Shown in pieces: positions 31,315-40,040 of a stretch of 64,000 bases of DNA; the stretch's first letter is position 1; each line of letters opens with the position of its first letter. The notes beneath the pieces were generated by a model. The model saw only the letters and a program-made list of their open reading frames with translations, did no database searches and was not told the origin of the DNA. A program made the translations under genes and the position numbers. Where the stretch lies: positions 256,001 through 320,000 of the forward strand of contig JBJOMY010000004.1 in NCBI GenBank assembly GCA_046052125.1, read 5' to 3'. Source of the stretch: Cyanobacteriota bacterium. Its GTDB lineage: Bacteria > Cyanobacteriota > Cyanobacteriia > PCC-6307 > Cyanobiaceae.

Positions 31315-32913
31315 GTGGACCTACTCCAGTCTCTCGGTCAGCTGCAGAAGCCCGAGGCCACCCATTTCGATGTGTTGATCATCGGCAGTGGTGCGGGCGG
31401 TGGAACGTTGGCCCGTGTGCTGGCACCAACTGGGTTGAGAATCCTCATCCTGGAGCGCGGCGACTGGCTCCCACAGGAAGCGCAGAACTGGGATGCGGAT
31501 GCCGTGTTCCAGAAGGGCCGTTATCTCTCCAAGGACATCTGGTACGACGGCAAGGGGAATCCATTTCAGCCCGGCACCCACTACTTCGTTGGTGGTGCCA
31601 CAAAGATGTATGGCGCCCACCACTTCCGCCTCAGGCAGCGCGATTTTGAGGAGCTGGAGCACCACGATGGTGTTTCGCCGGCTTGGCCTCTGCGCTACAG
31701 CGATTTTGAGCCTTGGTATCAACAAGCCGAAGCCATGTATCACGTGCATGGCCTGCGTGGCGAGGACCCAACAGATCCGCCCAGCTCATCGCCTTATCCC
31801 CACCCGCCGATCTCTCACGAGCCTCGGATTCAGAAGCTGGCTGATGATCTGCGCAGTGCCGGGTTGCACCCGTTCCATGCACCCAGTGGGGTGATGCTCG
31901 ATGAAAGCAACATGCCCTACAGCCGTTGCCGGCGTTGTAACAACTGCGATGGATTCCCTTGTCTGGTGCACGCCAAGGGGGATGCGGAGGTGTGCGGCGT
32001 GCGGCCGGCGCTTGCCGCCAGCGCCAATGTGTCGCTGCTCACCCGCGCTGAGGTGAAACGACTGATCACCGATGCTGCCGGCACCACGGTGACTGGTGTT
32101 GACTTGGTGCGTGATGGAGAAAAGCTCCACTACTCCGCTGATCTGGTGGTGGTGAGCTGTGGTGCCTCCAATAGCGCCCGCTTGCTGTTGATGTCGGCGA
32201 ATGACAAGCATCCGCGCGGCCTGGCCAACGGCTCTGATCAAGTGGGCCGCAACTACATGTTCCACAACAGCAAGGCGGCGGTGGCCCTCTCCCATGAGCC
32301 CAACCCCACCATCTTCCAGAAGACGATCTCGATCAACGACTGGTATTTCGGCGACGCCGACTACGACTATCCCATGGGAAATATTCAGATGACTGGCAAG
32401 ACCCGGGGCGCGATCATGAAGGGCTATGCGCCGCTGGAAACCTTCCTGATGCCCAACTGGTCGATGGACCAGATCGCGGAACATGCGCTGGATTTCTGGC
32501 TCACCACCGAAGATCTGCCTGATCCCAACAACCGCGTCACGATTGATTCAGCCGGCCATATCCACCTGAACTACAAGGTGAACAATCAAACCTCGGCCAA
32601 TCGCCTCTGGGGCCGGCTCCAGGGCATTCTCGACAAGCTCTATCTGAAGAATCACCTGGTGGAACGCCAGATCTACGTCAAAAATCCGATGGGTTTGTCA
32701 GCTGTTGGTCACCAGGCGGGCACCTGCCGCTTCGGCACAGATCCCTCCACCTCAGTGCTCGATGTGAACTGCAAGGCCCACGAACTCGACAATCTCTACG
32801 TGGTCGATACCAGCTTCTTCCCCAGCATCGGCGCAGTGAATCCCTCACTCACGGCGATCGCCAATGCGATCCGGGTGGGTCATCACCTCAAGGAACGGCT
32901 CGCGGTGTCGTGA
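31315..32913 (+). CDS. GMC oxidoreductase with Cys cluster
   Basis: IGSGAGG, CRRCNNCDGFPC, HQAGTCRFG, AVNPSLTAIANA. Confidence 0.9.
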   Translation: MDLLQSLGQLQKPEATHFDVLIIGSGAGGGTLARVLAPTGLRILILERGDWLPQEAQNWDADAVFQKGRYLSKDIWYDGKGNPFQPGTHYFVGGATKMYGAHHFRLRQRDFEELEHHDGVSPAWPLRYSDFEPWYQQAEAMYHVHGLRGEDPTDPPSSSPYPHPPISHEPRIQKLADDLRSAGLHPFHAPSGVMLDESNMPYSRCRRCNNCDGFPCLVHAKGDAEVCGVRPALAASANVSLLTRAEVKRLITDAAGTTVTGVDLVRDGEKLHYSADLVVVSCGASNSARLLLMSANDKHPRGLANGSDQVGRNYMFHNSKAAVALSHEPNPTIFQKTISINDWYFGDADYDYPMGNIQMTGKTRGAIMKGYAPLETFLMPNWSMDQIAEHALDFWLTTEDLPDPNNRVTIDSAGHIHLNYKVNNQTSANRLWGRLQGILDKLYLKNHLVERQIYVKNPMGLSAVGHQAGTCRFGTDPSTSVLDVNCKAHELDNLYVVDTSFFPSIGAVNPSLTAIANAIRVGHHLKERLAVS

Positions 32914-32940
32914 CGAGGTGATCAACGAGCTGGGGGAGGC

Positions 32941-33441
32941 TCACACCCCCAGCCACACCCGCAGGAGATCGTCGATCAGGAGAGTGTCGAGCGAGAGCAG
33001 ACCGCCGCCACAGAAGATCAGCACCGCGCACATCACCACATACATCGCCGCTTTTTCCCAGCTGGGCGGTTCCCCCACTCCCATTGGGCCGGCGTAGTCG
33101 CCATCCGGGATCAGATAGGGATCGGCAGCGATAAAGGGAAAGCCGCTGCGAATCTCCAACACCATGGCGTAGGCCATCGAAACGAGAATCGCGAAGGACG
33201 CCAGCGGTGTGAGCAGACCCACGATCAGAGCGATGCCACCGGCCCACATCGAGCCTGCCGAGAGAAAACACAGCCACGCCGGCGTGTTCAGCATCTGCGC
33301 CCAGGTCTGCAGGTTGCGCAGCTTGGGCCAACCATGGCGAATAAAGCAGATCCCCATGAACAATCGCAGGATGAACAGGGCTGTTTGTGCCAGGGGGGAT
33401 GGTGCCGCAGGCACCAACAACTCCACCACCGTGATGTCCAT
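32941..33441 (-). CDS. DoxX family membrane protein
   Basis: LRLFMG..F..HGWPKL, GGIALIVGLLTPLAS, GGGLLSLD. Confidence 0.85.
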   Translation of the reverse strand: MDITVVELLVPAAPSPLAQTALFILRLFMGICFIRHGWPKLRNLQTWAQMLNTPAWLCFLSAGSMWAGGIALIVGLLTPLASFAILVSMAYAMVLEIRSGFPFIAADPYLIPDGDYAGPMGVGEPPSWEKAAMYVVMCAVLIFCGGGLLSLDTLLIDDLLRVWLGV

Positions 33442-33503
33442 CAGGATTGTTCGCGATGATGGCAACCTAGATGGGTTGCTTCATCCCTGCATCCCAGCTG
33501 TGA

Positions 33504-34478
33504 TCAGCTGCAGACCAATTGCAACTGGTGGCCATCGGGGTCGCGGATCTGTAGGGCCTGCCCAAAGCCCAGGGCCTTGGCTTGGGTTGCCTCAAGCGTC
33601 ACGATGCCTGGGCTGACCAGGCTTCCGCCGTAGGTCTCCACTTCCTTAGCAATGCCCGCCAAATCGCTCACATTCAGTCGAATTTGCCAGTGGGCGAGGT
33701 CGGCGGCGTTTTGATCCGTGGCCATGGGCCGCCCGATGTTCGGGTGTTGGTAGTTGAGGCATTCGATGCCGGCGCCCTCGGGGCAGCGGTGCGAGGTGAT
33801 GCGCACGCTGGTGTCGCTGAGGCCATCGAGCTGATCCTGTTCGATGCCACTGTTCACACCATCGCCCCCGAGCCTTAACCCCAGCAGTTCTTCGTAGAAG
33901 CGGCAGCTCCTTGGCGTATCGGCGTTGGCGATGGCGCTGTGGTCGATGCCCAGCACAGGCGTGCTCTGCTGCCGGTGCCAGCGAGGCTCGCCTTTATCGG
34001 CGGGGAACTGCAGTAGTTCCAGGCAATGCCCATCGGGATCGTGAAATTTGAACGCCACGATGCCCGCTGCCGCTGTGTTCCAGCTCGGCAACGTCTGCGG
34101 CGCAGAGGAGATGGTCTGCAGCTCGGCGTTGTTGATCAACCCACTGATCGGTGCTGCAGCTGCAGCCATGTCATTCACCACGATGCAGATGTGCTGAAAC
34201 CACAGATCGCAGCTGCGCGAATCCGGCGGAATGGTGCGCCCGGGTGGGAACCCGGCGCCGAGGCGCTGCACCTCCGTGAGCTCCAGGGTCTCCTCCCCCA
34301 GCCGCAGGCGCACCAGCTTGAGTTGGCTCCCTGGCAGGCCGATCAGCTGGCCGTAACTCCCCCCATCCACCAGCAGGGTTTCAAGCCGCTGGCAGCCCAG
34401 GTGCTGCTCATAGAAGTTGGCGATGGCATCGCTATCGCTGCAGGTGAATCCGATGCTGCGGATGTGGGGGCTGTGCAT
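33504..34478 (-). CDS. Tandem VOC/glyoxalase-family protein
   Basis: FQHICIVV, FHDPDGHCLEL, IDHSAI, RDPDGHQLQL. Confidence 0.85.
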   Translation of the reverse strand: MHSPHIRSIGFTCSDSDAIANFYEQHLGCQRLETLLVDGGSYGQLIGLPGSQLKLVRLRLGEETLELTEVQRLGAGFPPGRTIPPDSRSCDLWFQHICIVVNDMAAAAAPISGLINNAELQTISSAPQTLPSWNTAAAGIVAFKFHDPDGHCLELLQFPADKGEPRWHRQQSTPVLGIDHSAIANADTPRSCRFYEELLGLRLGGDGVNSGIEQDQLDGLSDTSVRITSHRCPEGAGIECLNYQHPNIGRPMATDQNAADLAHWQIRLNVSDLAGIAKEVETYGGSLVSPGIVTLEATQAKALGFGQALQIRDPDGHQLQLVCS

Positions 34479-34511
34479 GGTGTTCGTTGAGGCTTTGGTG
34501 CTGGACAAGGC

Positions 34512-34934
34512 CTAGAGGCTGGATAAGGCCGCCGCCGCTGCCGTGGCGATCGCCGCATCGAGGTCAGGTGTCATCCCTGAGACGCCAACAGCCCCGATAC
34601 AACTGCCGTTCACCAGCAGAGGCAATCCGCCACCCATGGCCACGGCGCCTTCTTTAAACACACCCGCCAGTTGCAGCAGGGCTGGGCGTGAGCTGTTGAT
34701 CGCGGCTTCTTGATCGGCGGTGGGCTTTCCGTTGAGCGCGGCCATGCGCGCTTTGGCCATGGCCACTGCTGCACTGGAGGGACTGGCGCCATCCAGCCGC
34801 ACCAATAGCAAGGGGTGGCCTCCGCCATCACAGATGGCAAGGCTCACCGTGGCTTGATGTTGGGCCGCTATCGCCTCGGCCGCCGCGGCGATCCGGCGGC
34901 AATCGTCGAGCTCAAGGGCTTGAATCGATCGCAT
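34512..34934 (-). CDS. GlcG/HbpS-like heme-binding protein
   Basis: AICDGGGH, AMAKARMA, GGGLPL...IGAVGVSG...D. Confidence 0.85.
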   Translation of the reverse strand: MRSIQALELDDCRRIAAAAEAIAAQHQATVSLAICDGGGHPLLLVRLDGASPSSAAVAMAKARMAALNGKPTADQEAAINSSRPALLQLAGVFKEGAVAMGGGLPLLVNGSCIGAVGVSGMTPDLDAAIATAAAAALSSL

Positions 34935-34941
34935 CGTTCGC

Positions 34942-35199
34942 TCAGCGCCACACAATTTTCATGAGCCAGAGATGGCCTTCCAGTTCCACGCCGGCGGCTG
35001 CTGCCTCCAGGTCGCTCTCGCTGAGCCGCAGGGTGGCTTCGGCCTGGTGTTTCACGAGGTCGACCCCGCTGAATTGAAAGCCCAGTTCCGCCCCAAGGGC
35101 TGCAATGGCATTGAGGTTGGGGCAGGCGCTGAAACGCTGTAGCAGGGCTGGGTCGCCCTTCACCTGCTTGAGGAAGGTTTCGAGCTGGGGATTGGCCAT
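34942..35199 (-). CDS. Nif11-like leader peptide family protein (85 aa)
   Basis: MANPQLETFLKQVKGDPALLQRF...AELGFQFS...LSESDLEAAAAG then VELEGHLWLMKIVWR; ATG at 35199. Confidence 0.8.
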   Translation of the reverse strand: MANPQLETFLKQVKGDPALLQRFSACPNLNAIAALGAELGFQFSGVDLVKHQAEATLRLSESDLEAAAAGVELEGHLWLMKIVWR

Positions 35200-35252
35200 G
35201 GTTGTTGCGAGCGGGAGGAGCAGGTTGAGATTCAGTGCGGATTCGGGGGGCG

Positions 35253-36173
35253 TCAGTGCGGCCAGGTGGCGCCACGGGTGGCTGTGAACAGGCTGTACAG
35301 GGCTGTGGAGGCACACAGGAACAGGCGGCTGCCGTAGCGGTCGCCGAAGCACACGTTGGACACCCGCTTCGGCACCAGCACCTTGCCGATCAGGACCCCG
35401 TCGGGTGCGATCACATGCACCCCATCGGCAGCTCCGCACCAGAGGTTGCCGTGTTCATCCACACGGAAGCCATCGGCCCAGCCTGGGCTGATCTTGTGGA
35501 AGATCTCTCCGCCGCTGAGGCTGCGCCCATCGGCGTTCACCTGGAAGCGTCGGATGTACTGCCTCGGCTCTCTGGCACCGGGGGCCCCGGATTCGGCCAC
35601 ATACAGCAGTTGTTCATCCGGGGAGAAACCCAGTCCATTGGGGCCATCGAAGTCCGTGGCGACGGCCTGGGCCTGACCGCTCTCGGGATCGAACCTGTAG
35701 AGCGCAGGCGCTTGCTCCGAACTCTGCTGACCTCCCTCGTAGTCGTTCATCAGGCCGTAGAGAGGATCGCTGAACCAGATCGATCCATCGCTCTTCACCA
35801 CCACGTCGTTGGGGGCGTTCAGGCGACGGCCGTTCGCTTCAGACACCAGCGTGGTGGTGCTGCCGTTGTGCTCCAGGCGGGTAAGGCAGCGGCTGCGGTG
35901 GTGGCATTGGATCAGTCGACCCTCGCGATCGCGGGTTTGCCCGTTGGCGAACTCCGATGGCTCCTGAAAGGTGCTGACACCGTGCTGTTCACTCCAGCGC
36001 AGCGTGCGGTTGTTGGGGATGTCGTTGAACAGCAGGCAGCGGTGATCGCCGTACCACACGGGACCCTCCAGCCAGCGGAAGCCCTCCGCCAGCAGTTCGA
36101 GCTCGGCGTTGAACAGCACGAGCTGCTCGAAGCGCGGGTCGTAGCTCTCGGTGCAATCCGAGGGTTTGTTCAT
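35253..36173 (-). CDS. SMP-30/gluconolactonase family protein
   Basis: WLEGPVW, LNAPNDV, PNGLGFSPDE, ADGFRVD. Confidence 0.9.
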   Translation of the reverse strand: MNKPSDCTESYDPRFEQLVLFNAELELLAEGFRWLEGPVWYGDHRCLLFNDIPNNRTLRWSEQHGVSTFQEPSEFANGQTRDREGRLIQCHHRSRCLTRLEHNGSTTTLVSEANGRRLNAPNDVVVKSDGSIWFSDPLYGLMNDYEGGQQSSEQAPALYRFDPESGQAQAVATDFDGPNGLGFSPDEQLLYVAESGAPGAREPRQYIRRFQVNADGRSLSGGEIFHKISPGWADGFRVDEHGNLWCGAADGVHVIAPDGVLIGKVLVPKRVSNVCFGDRYGSRLFLCASTALYSLFTATRGATWPH

Positions 36174-36631
36174 TGGAAGAAGCCCGGAGGTGCGCAGCGC
36201 CAGGCGTCGTCGTTGCGCTGGATGATCAGTTGCACGCAGGGTTCATCGCCCACCTGGGCGGAGAGGTGCCCTTTGTGCCCCTCAGGGGAGGCGATGCAGC
36301 CCTGATCGCCACCGAAGGAATACTCACCGGCGCGCATGATGGCGATCTGGCCATCCATGCTCTGCACCGACCAGGCGCCCCGGAGCACATAGATCCACTT
36401 TGGGATGTGGTTTTCGTGCCAATCAGCCGTCCACCCCACCGGCAGGTAGGTGACAAAGGCATTGCCCTGATCAAACAGTGGCCTCGAAAACTGGGGTGAA
36501 TCGCCTGGCCCGAGCTGTCCGAGCTGAAACTGGCTGATCGTGCACTGCTGCTGGCGGCTGATGCCGTCTTCACCGGTCCAGAGGTGCCAGTAGGTCTCCG
36601 GGAGAGGAGCCAGGCTGAAGGGGTCGCTCAT
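36170..36631 (-). CDS. Cupin domain protein
   Basis: DWHENHIPKWIYVLRG...GHLS; ATGA coupling to lactonase. Confidence 0.75.
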   Translation of the reverse strand: MSDPFSLAPLPETYWHLWTGEDGISRQQQCTISQFQLGQLGPGDSPQFSRPLFDQGNAFVTYLPVGWTADWHENHIPKWIYVLRGAWSVQSMDGQIAIMRAGEYSFGGDQGCIASPEGHKGHLSAQVGDEPCVQLIIQRNDDAWRCAPPGFFQ

Positions 36632-36642
36632 CGCTGGTGTGT

Positions 36643-37047
36643 TCAGTCTTTGATGGCGATGGCTGAGATCTCCAGCTGGATGCCCAGCACCAGAGCCGAC
36701 ACCTCCACCACAGCGCGGGAGGGATAGGCCTGCGGATCAGGGAAATACTCCTGCCACACGGCGTCGAAGGTGTCGAGTTTGTCGATGTCGGTGAGGTACA
36801 CCGTGGCGCTCACCACGTGCTCGAAACCGAAACCGGCTTCCTCCAGCACCGCCTGCATGTTGCACATCACCTGACGCGATTCCAGGGTGATGTCGCCATC
36901 GCCCACCTTCAGGTTGGTGGCCGGGTCGACGGGGAGCTGTCCGGTGATGAACAGCATGTTTCCCCGCTGAAACCCCTGGCTGTAGGAGGCCACAGGCGTG
37001 GGAAAACGGTCGCTGTGAATGGCTCTGCGGATTACTGCTTCAGACAA
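36643..37047 (-). CDS. RidA/YjgF family protein
   Basis: YSQG, ITGQLP, YPSRA, LEISAIA. Confidence 0.9.
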   Translation of the reverse strand: MSEAVIRRAIHSDRFPTPVASYSQGFQRGNMLFITGQLPVDPATNLKVGDGDITLESRQVMCNMQAVLEEAGFGFEHVVSATVYLTDIDKLDTFDAVWQEYFPDPQAYPSRAVVEVSALVLGIQLEISAIAIKD

Positions 37048-37213
37048 CGTCGTGCAGTCAAGAACGGTGACTTCACCGTAGGGATGGCGCTGGAATTGTC
37101 ATCGCACTGTCATGGGCGTGACGGCTCATCCGTTTGGTGTTGCAGTGGCCGGCACGATCACGTACTTCGCCCTAGCGTCCCAGCATTCAGCCCTTTGCGG
37201 CAGCTGCTTCGCC

Positions 37214-38020
37214 ATGACCACCACCAACCCCTACGCCCTCGAAACCCTCGCCAACTTCCTGAAAGGCAAGGTGATCATCGTGACCGGCGGCAACAGCGGG
37301 ATCGGTAAATCGATCGTGGAGGAGGTGGCCCGTCTCGGTGCCCGGGTGGTGATCGACTACCGCTCCCACCCGGAGGCTACCGCCGCCATCGAGCAGGAAA
37401 TCGGCGAGCTCGGTGGCACTTGCGTGGGTGTGCAGGCGGATGTCTCCAATCTCGACGATCTGCAACGGCTGGTGCAGGAGGCGGTGAACCGCTACGGCCG
37501 GCTCGACGTGATTGTGAACAACGCCGGCATCGAAACCCGCACCTCCATCCTCGACACCACGCCCGAGGATTTCGACAAGGTGCTGAATGTGAACCTGCGC
37601 GGTGTGTTCTTCGCCACCCAGTACGCCGCCAAGCAAATGATTGCCCAGGGCACCGGCGGGCGAATCATCAATATCTCGTCCGTGCACGAAGACTGGCCCA
37701 TGCCCAACAACACGCCTTACTGCGTGGCCAAGGGCGGCGTGCGCATGCTCACCCGCACCGCGGGTGTGGAACTGGCGTCGAAGGGCGTGTCGATCGTGAA
37801 CGTGGGCCCCGGTGCCGTGGCCACGCCGATCAACGACTCCACGATGAACAACCCCGAGCTGCTGGCCAAGCTGAACTCGGCGATTCCGATGGGGCGCATG
37901 GCTCAGCCGGAAGAGATCGCCAAGGTGGTGGCCTTCCTGGCCAGCGATGCCGCCAGCTACATCACGGCCACCAGCATCTTTGCCGACGGCGGCATCATGC
38001 AGAGCAGCCCTGGTCTGTGA
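37214..38020 (+). CDS. SDR, glucose 1-dehydrogenase-like
   Basis: TGGNSGIG, NNAGIE, SSVHE.WP, YCVAKGG, PGAVATPIN, as in Bacillus-type GDH. Confidence 0.85.
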   Translation: MTTTNPYALETLANFLKGKVIIVTGGNSGIGKSIVEEVARLGARVVIDYRSHPEATAAIEQEIGELGGTCVGVQADVSNLDDLQRLVQEAVNRYGRLDVIVNNAGIETRTSILDTTPEDFDKVLNVNLRGVFFATQYAAKQMIAQGTGGRIINISSVHEDWPMPNNTPYCVAKGGVRMLTRTAGVELASKGVSIVNVGPGAVATPINDSTMNNPELLAKLNSAIPMGRMAQPEEIAKVVAFLASDAASYITATSIFADGGIMQSSPGL

Positions 38021-38730
38021 GGCTGACCCGCGAACAACTCAGGCAGATCCGTGGCCGCCATCTCGGCTATCGGATCTGCCTTGTCTATGAGCTCACGATG
38101 GTGTTGTTGCTGCCGGTTGCGCAGCGGTTCCCATGGTTGCTCTCGCTGCTGTTGATCCTGGAGGCCGCGGTCTTCATGATCTTCGTGACTCGCTTCAGTT
38201 CCCTTAAAGCCACACGCCCGCTGATGTTGACCCTCGGTTCCATGGCGATCGCCATGGAGCTGATCTGGCATGCGGCGATGGCGTTCAATCCTGTCTTGGC
38301 ACGGCACCTCACGATGCCCCACGTGGTGGTGTGGGTGATGTTCCTCGTGCTCACGGTGCTTCGGAAGGTGAAGTCGTTGATTCGTGAGCCTTACGTCACC
38401 ACGTCGGTGGTGCTTGGCGCGGCTGCGGGCTACCTCACGGTGGGCATCGCTGGGGGTGTGATGCTCACGGCCCTATGGGTGCTTCAGCCCTCGGCATTCG
38501 TGGCTTCGGCGCTGCCACCCGTCAGCTCTGCAGGCGCGATCCCCGTCTTCGCTGGCCCTTCGCTGATGGCCGCCTCCTTTGGCTTGCTCACCACCGTAGG
38601 CACGTCTGTGCTCACCCCAAGCAATATCAACGCTCAGGTGATCGCCAACGTGATCACCATCTCGGGTCAGCTATACGTGGCCATCTTGATCGCGCTGATT
38701 CTTGGGCGCGCTCAGAAACGGCTGTCATGA
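38017..38730 (+). CDS. Potassium-channel-family membrane protein with altered filter
   Basis: SFGLLTTVGTSVLTP...GQLYVAILIA pore region; GTG at 38017 overlaps upstream stop. Confidence 0.7.
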   Translation: MRLTREQLRQIRGRHLGYRICLVYELTMVLLLPVAQRFPWLLSLLLILEAAVFMIFVTRFSSLKATRPLMLTLGSMAIAMELIWHAAMAFNPVLARHLTMPHVVVWVMFLVLTVLRKVKSLIREPYVTTSVVLGAAAGYLTVGIAGGVMLTALWVLQPSAFVASALPPVSSAGAIPVFAGPSLMAASFGLLTTVGTSVLTPSNINAQVIANVITISGQLYVAILIALILGRAQKRLS

Positions 38731-40040
38731 CGTCACTGAAGGATCTGATCCAGCGGCTGGTGCAGCTGGCGGTGCTGGGTTTGTTTGTGGGGCTGTTGTG
38801 CTGGCCCTTCAACCTGGTGGATCGCTGGGGTGATCAGCTGCTCAGTCTGTTGCCGGCCTTCAGTGGTTCGGCTTGGCGGCCTCTCACCCTGCTCTTGGCC
38901 TGTTCACCACTGGTGGTGTTTCCGCTGCTGATGGTGTTGAAGGGCGGTGCGTTCCGCCGCGGCAAAGGGTCGGGCATCCCCCAGACGATGACCAGCATTG
39001 AGGAGCCGGAGCAGGCGGCTGCGCTGTTGGGCCTGTTGCCCACCCTGCAGCGGCTGGTGTTGTGGAGCCTGGCCAGCCTCAGCCTGATGCCGATGGGCCG
39101 GGAAGGTCCGGTGGTTCAGATCGGTGCGTCGGCCGCCTTCTGGTTGCGGCGTCGCTTTCCGCGTTGGCTGGGTGATCTGCGCCACAGCGATCTCATGGCA
39201 GTGGCCGGGGGCGCTGGTCTTGCCGGTGGGTTCAACACACCCCTGATGGGTGTGGTGTTTGTGGCCGAGGAGTTTCTGGGCACCTTTTCAATGCGCCTGA
39301 TCTGGCCGGCTTTGGTGATCAGCGCCATGGCGGCGGCCGTGAGCAGTGCCGTCGGCGAACCGGAGTTTGCGCTGGGCATGGTGGGCGTTGCTCCTGCGGA
39401 GCTGATCCAGTTGGCCTGGGCGATCCCCATCGGCGTATTGGCCGGTGGGCTCGGAGCTGTTTTTGCGCGCATGTTGCTGGCCGCAACGCGCCTGTTCGGG
39501 GGGGTGGTGCAGCGTCAGCCACTGCGGCTGGGCCTGCTGCTGGGGGGCGCACTCAGCTTGTTCCTGCTACTGAGCGGCGGTGCCTCCGGCTGCGATGGCG
39601 AGCTGCTGATGCGGCACATGATCGAAGGCGGATCGCCCACCAATCAGCTGCTGCCGGGGGTGGCGGGTGACCTGTTCACCTTGCTGCTCCGGGTGATCGG
39701 CCCGGTGCTCGCCCTTGGCGCAGGTATCCCGGGCGGATTGATTGATCCCTCGTTTGCCTTCGGCGCCGTGCTCGGTCAGAGCTTGGGCGATGCCGGCATG
39801 GTGCCCCAGATGGGGCTGGCCTTCGGGATGGTGGCTGGCCTGGCTGGCGCCACCCAGTTACCGGTGATGGCGGTGCTGTTTGCCGTTCGCATGGCCGGCG
39901 ACCAACAGCTCCTGCCTGGGTTGCTGTTGGCCTCCGTGTTGGGGGCCTATGTGAGCCGTTTGCTGGTGGATCAGCCCGTGTATCACGCCCTCAAGGGCAT
40001 CGCCGATGAGGCGACGCCCCCCGCGCCAAGCGGCTCATGA
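38727..40040 (+). CDS. CLC chloride channel / Cl-/H+ antiporter
   Basis: GSGIP, GREGP, FNTPL.G..F..EE, VYHAL. Confidence 0.9.
   Translation: MTSLKDLIQRLVQLAVLGLFVGLLCWPFNLVDRWGDQLLSLLPAFSGSAWRPLTLLLACSPLVVFPLLMVLKGGAFRRGKGSGIPQTMTSIEEPEQAAALLGLLPTLQRLVLWSLASLSLMPMGREGPVVQIGASAAFWLRRRFPRWLGDLRHSDLMAVAGGAGLAGGFNTPLMGVVFVAEEFLGTFSMRLIWPALVISAMAAAVSSAVGEPEFALGMVGVAPAELIQLAWAIPIGVLAGGLGAVFARMLLAATRLFGGVVQRQPLRLGLLLGGALSLFLLLSGGASGCDGELLMRHMIEGGSPTNQLLPGVAGDLFTLLLRVIGPVLALGAGIPGGLIDPSFAFGAVLGQSLGDAGMVPQMGLAFGMVAGLAGATQLPVMAVLFAVRMAGDQQLLPGLLLASVLGAYVSRLLVDQPVYHALKGIADEATPPAPSGS

Noticed and set aside
34942..35199. Prochlorosin-type lanthipeptide
   Set aside because: Tail has no Cys/Ser/Thr and there is no LanM in the window
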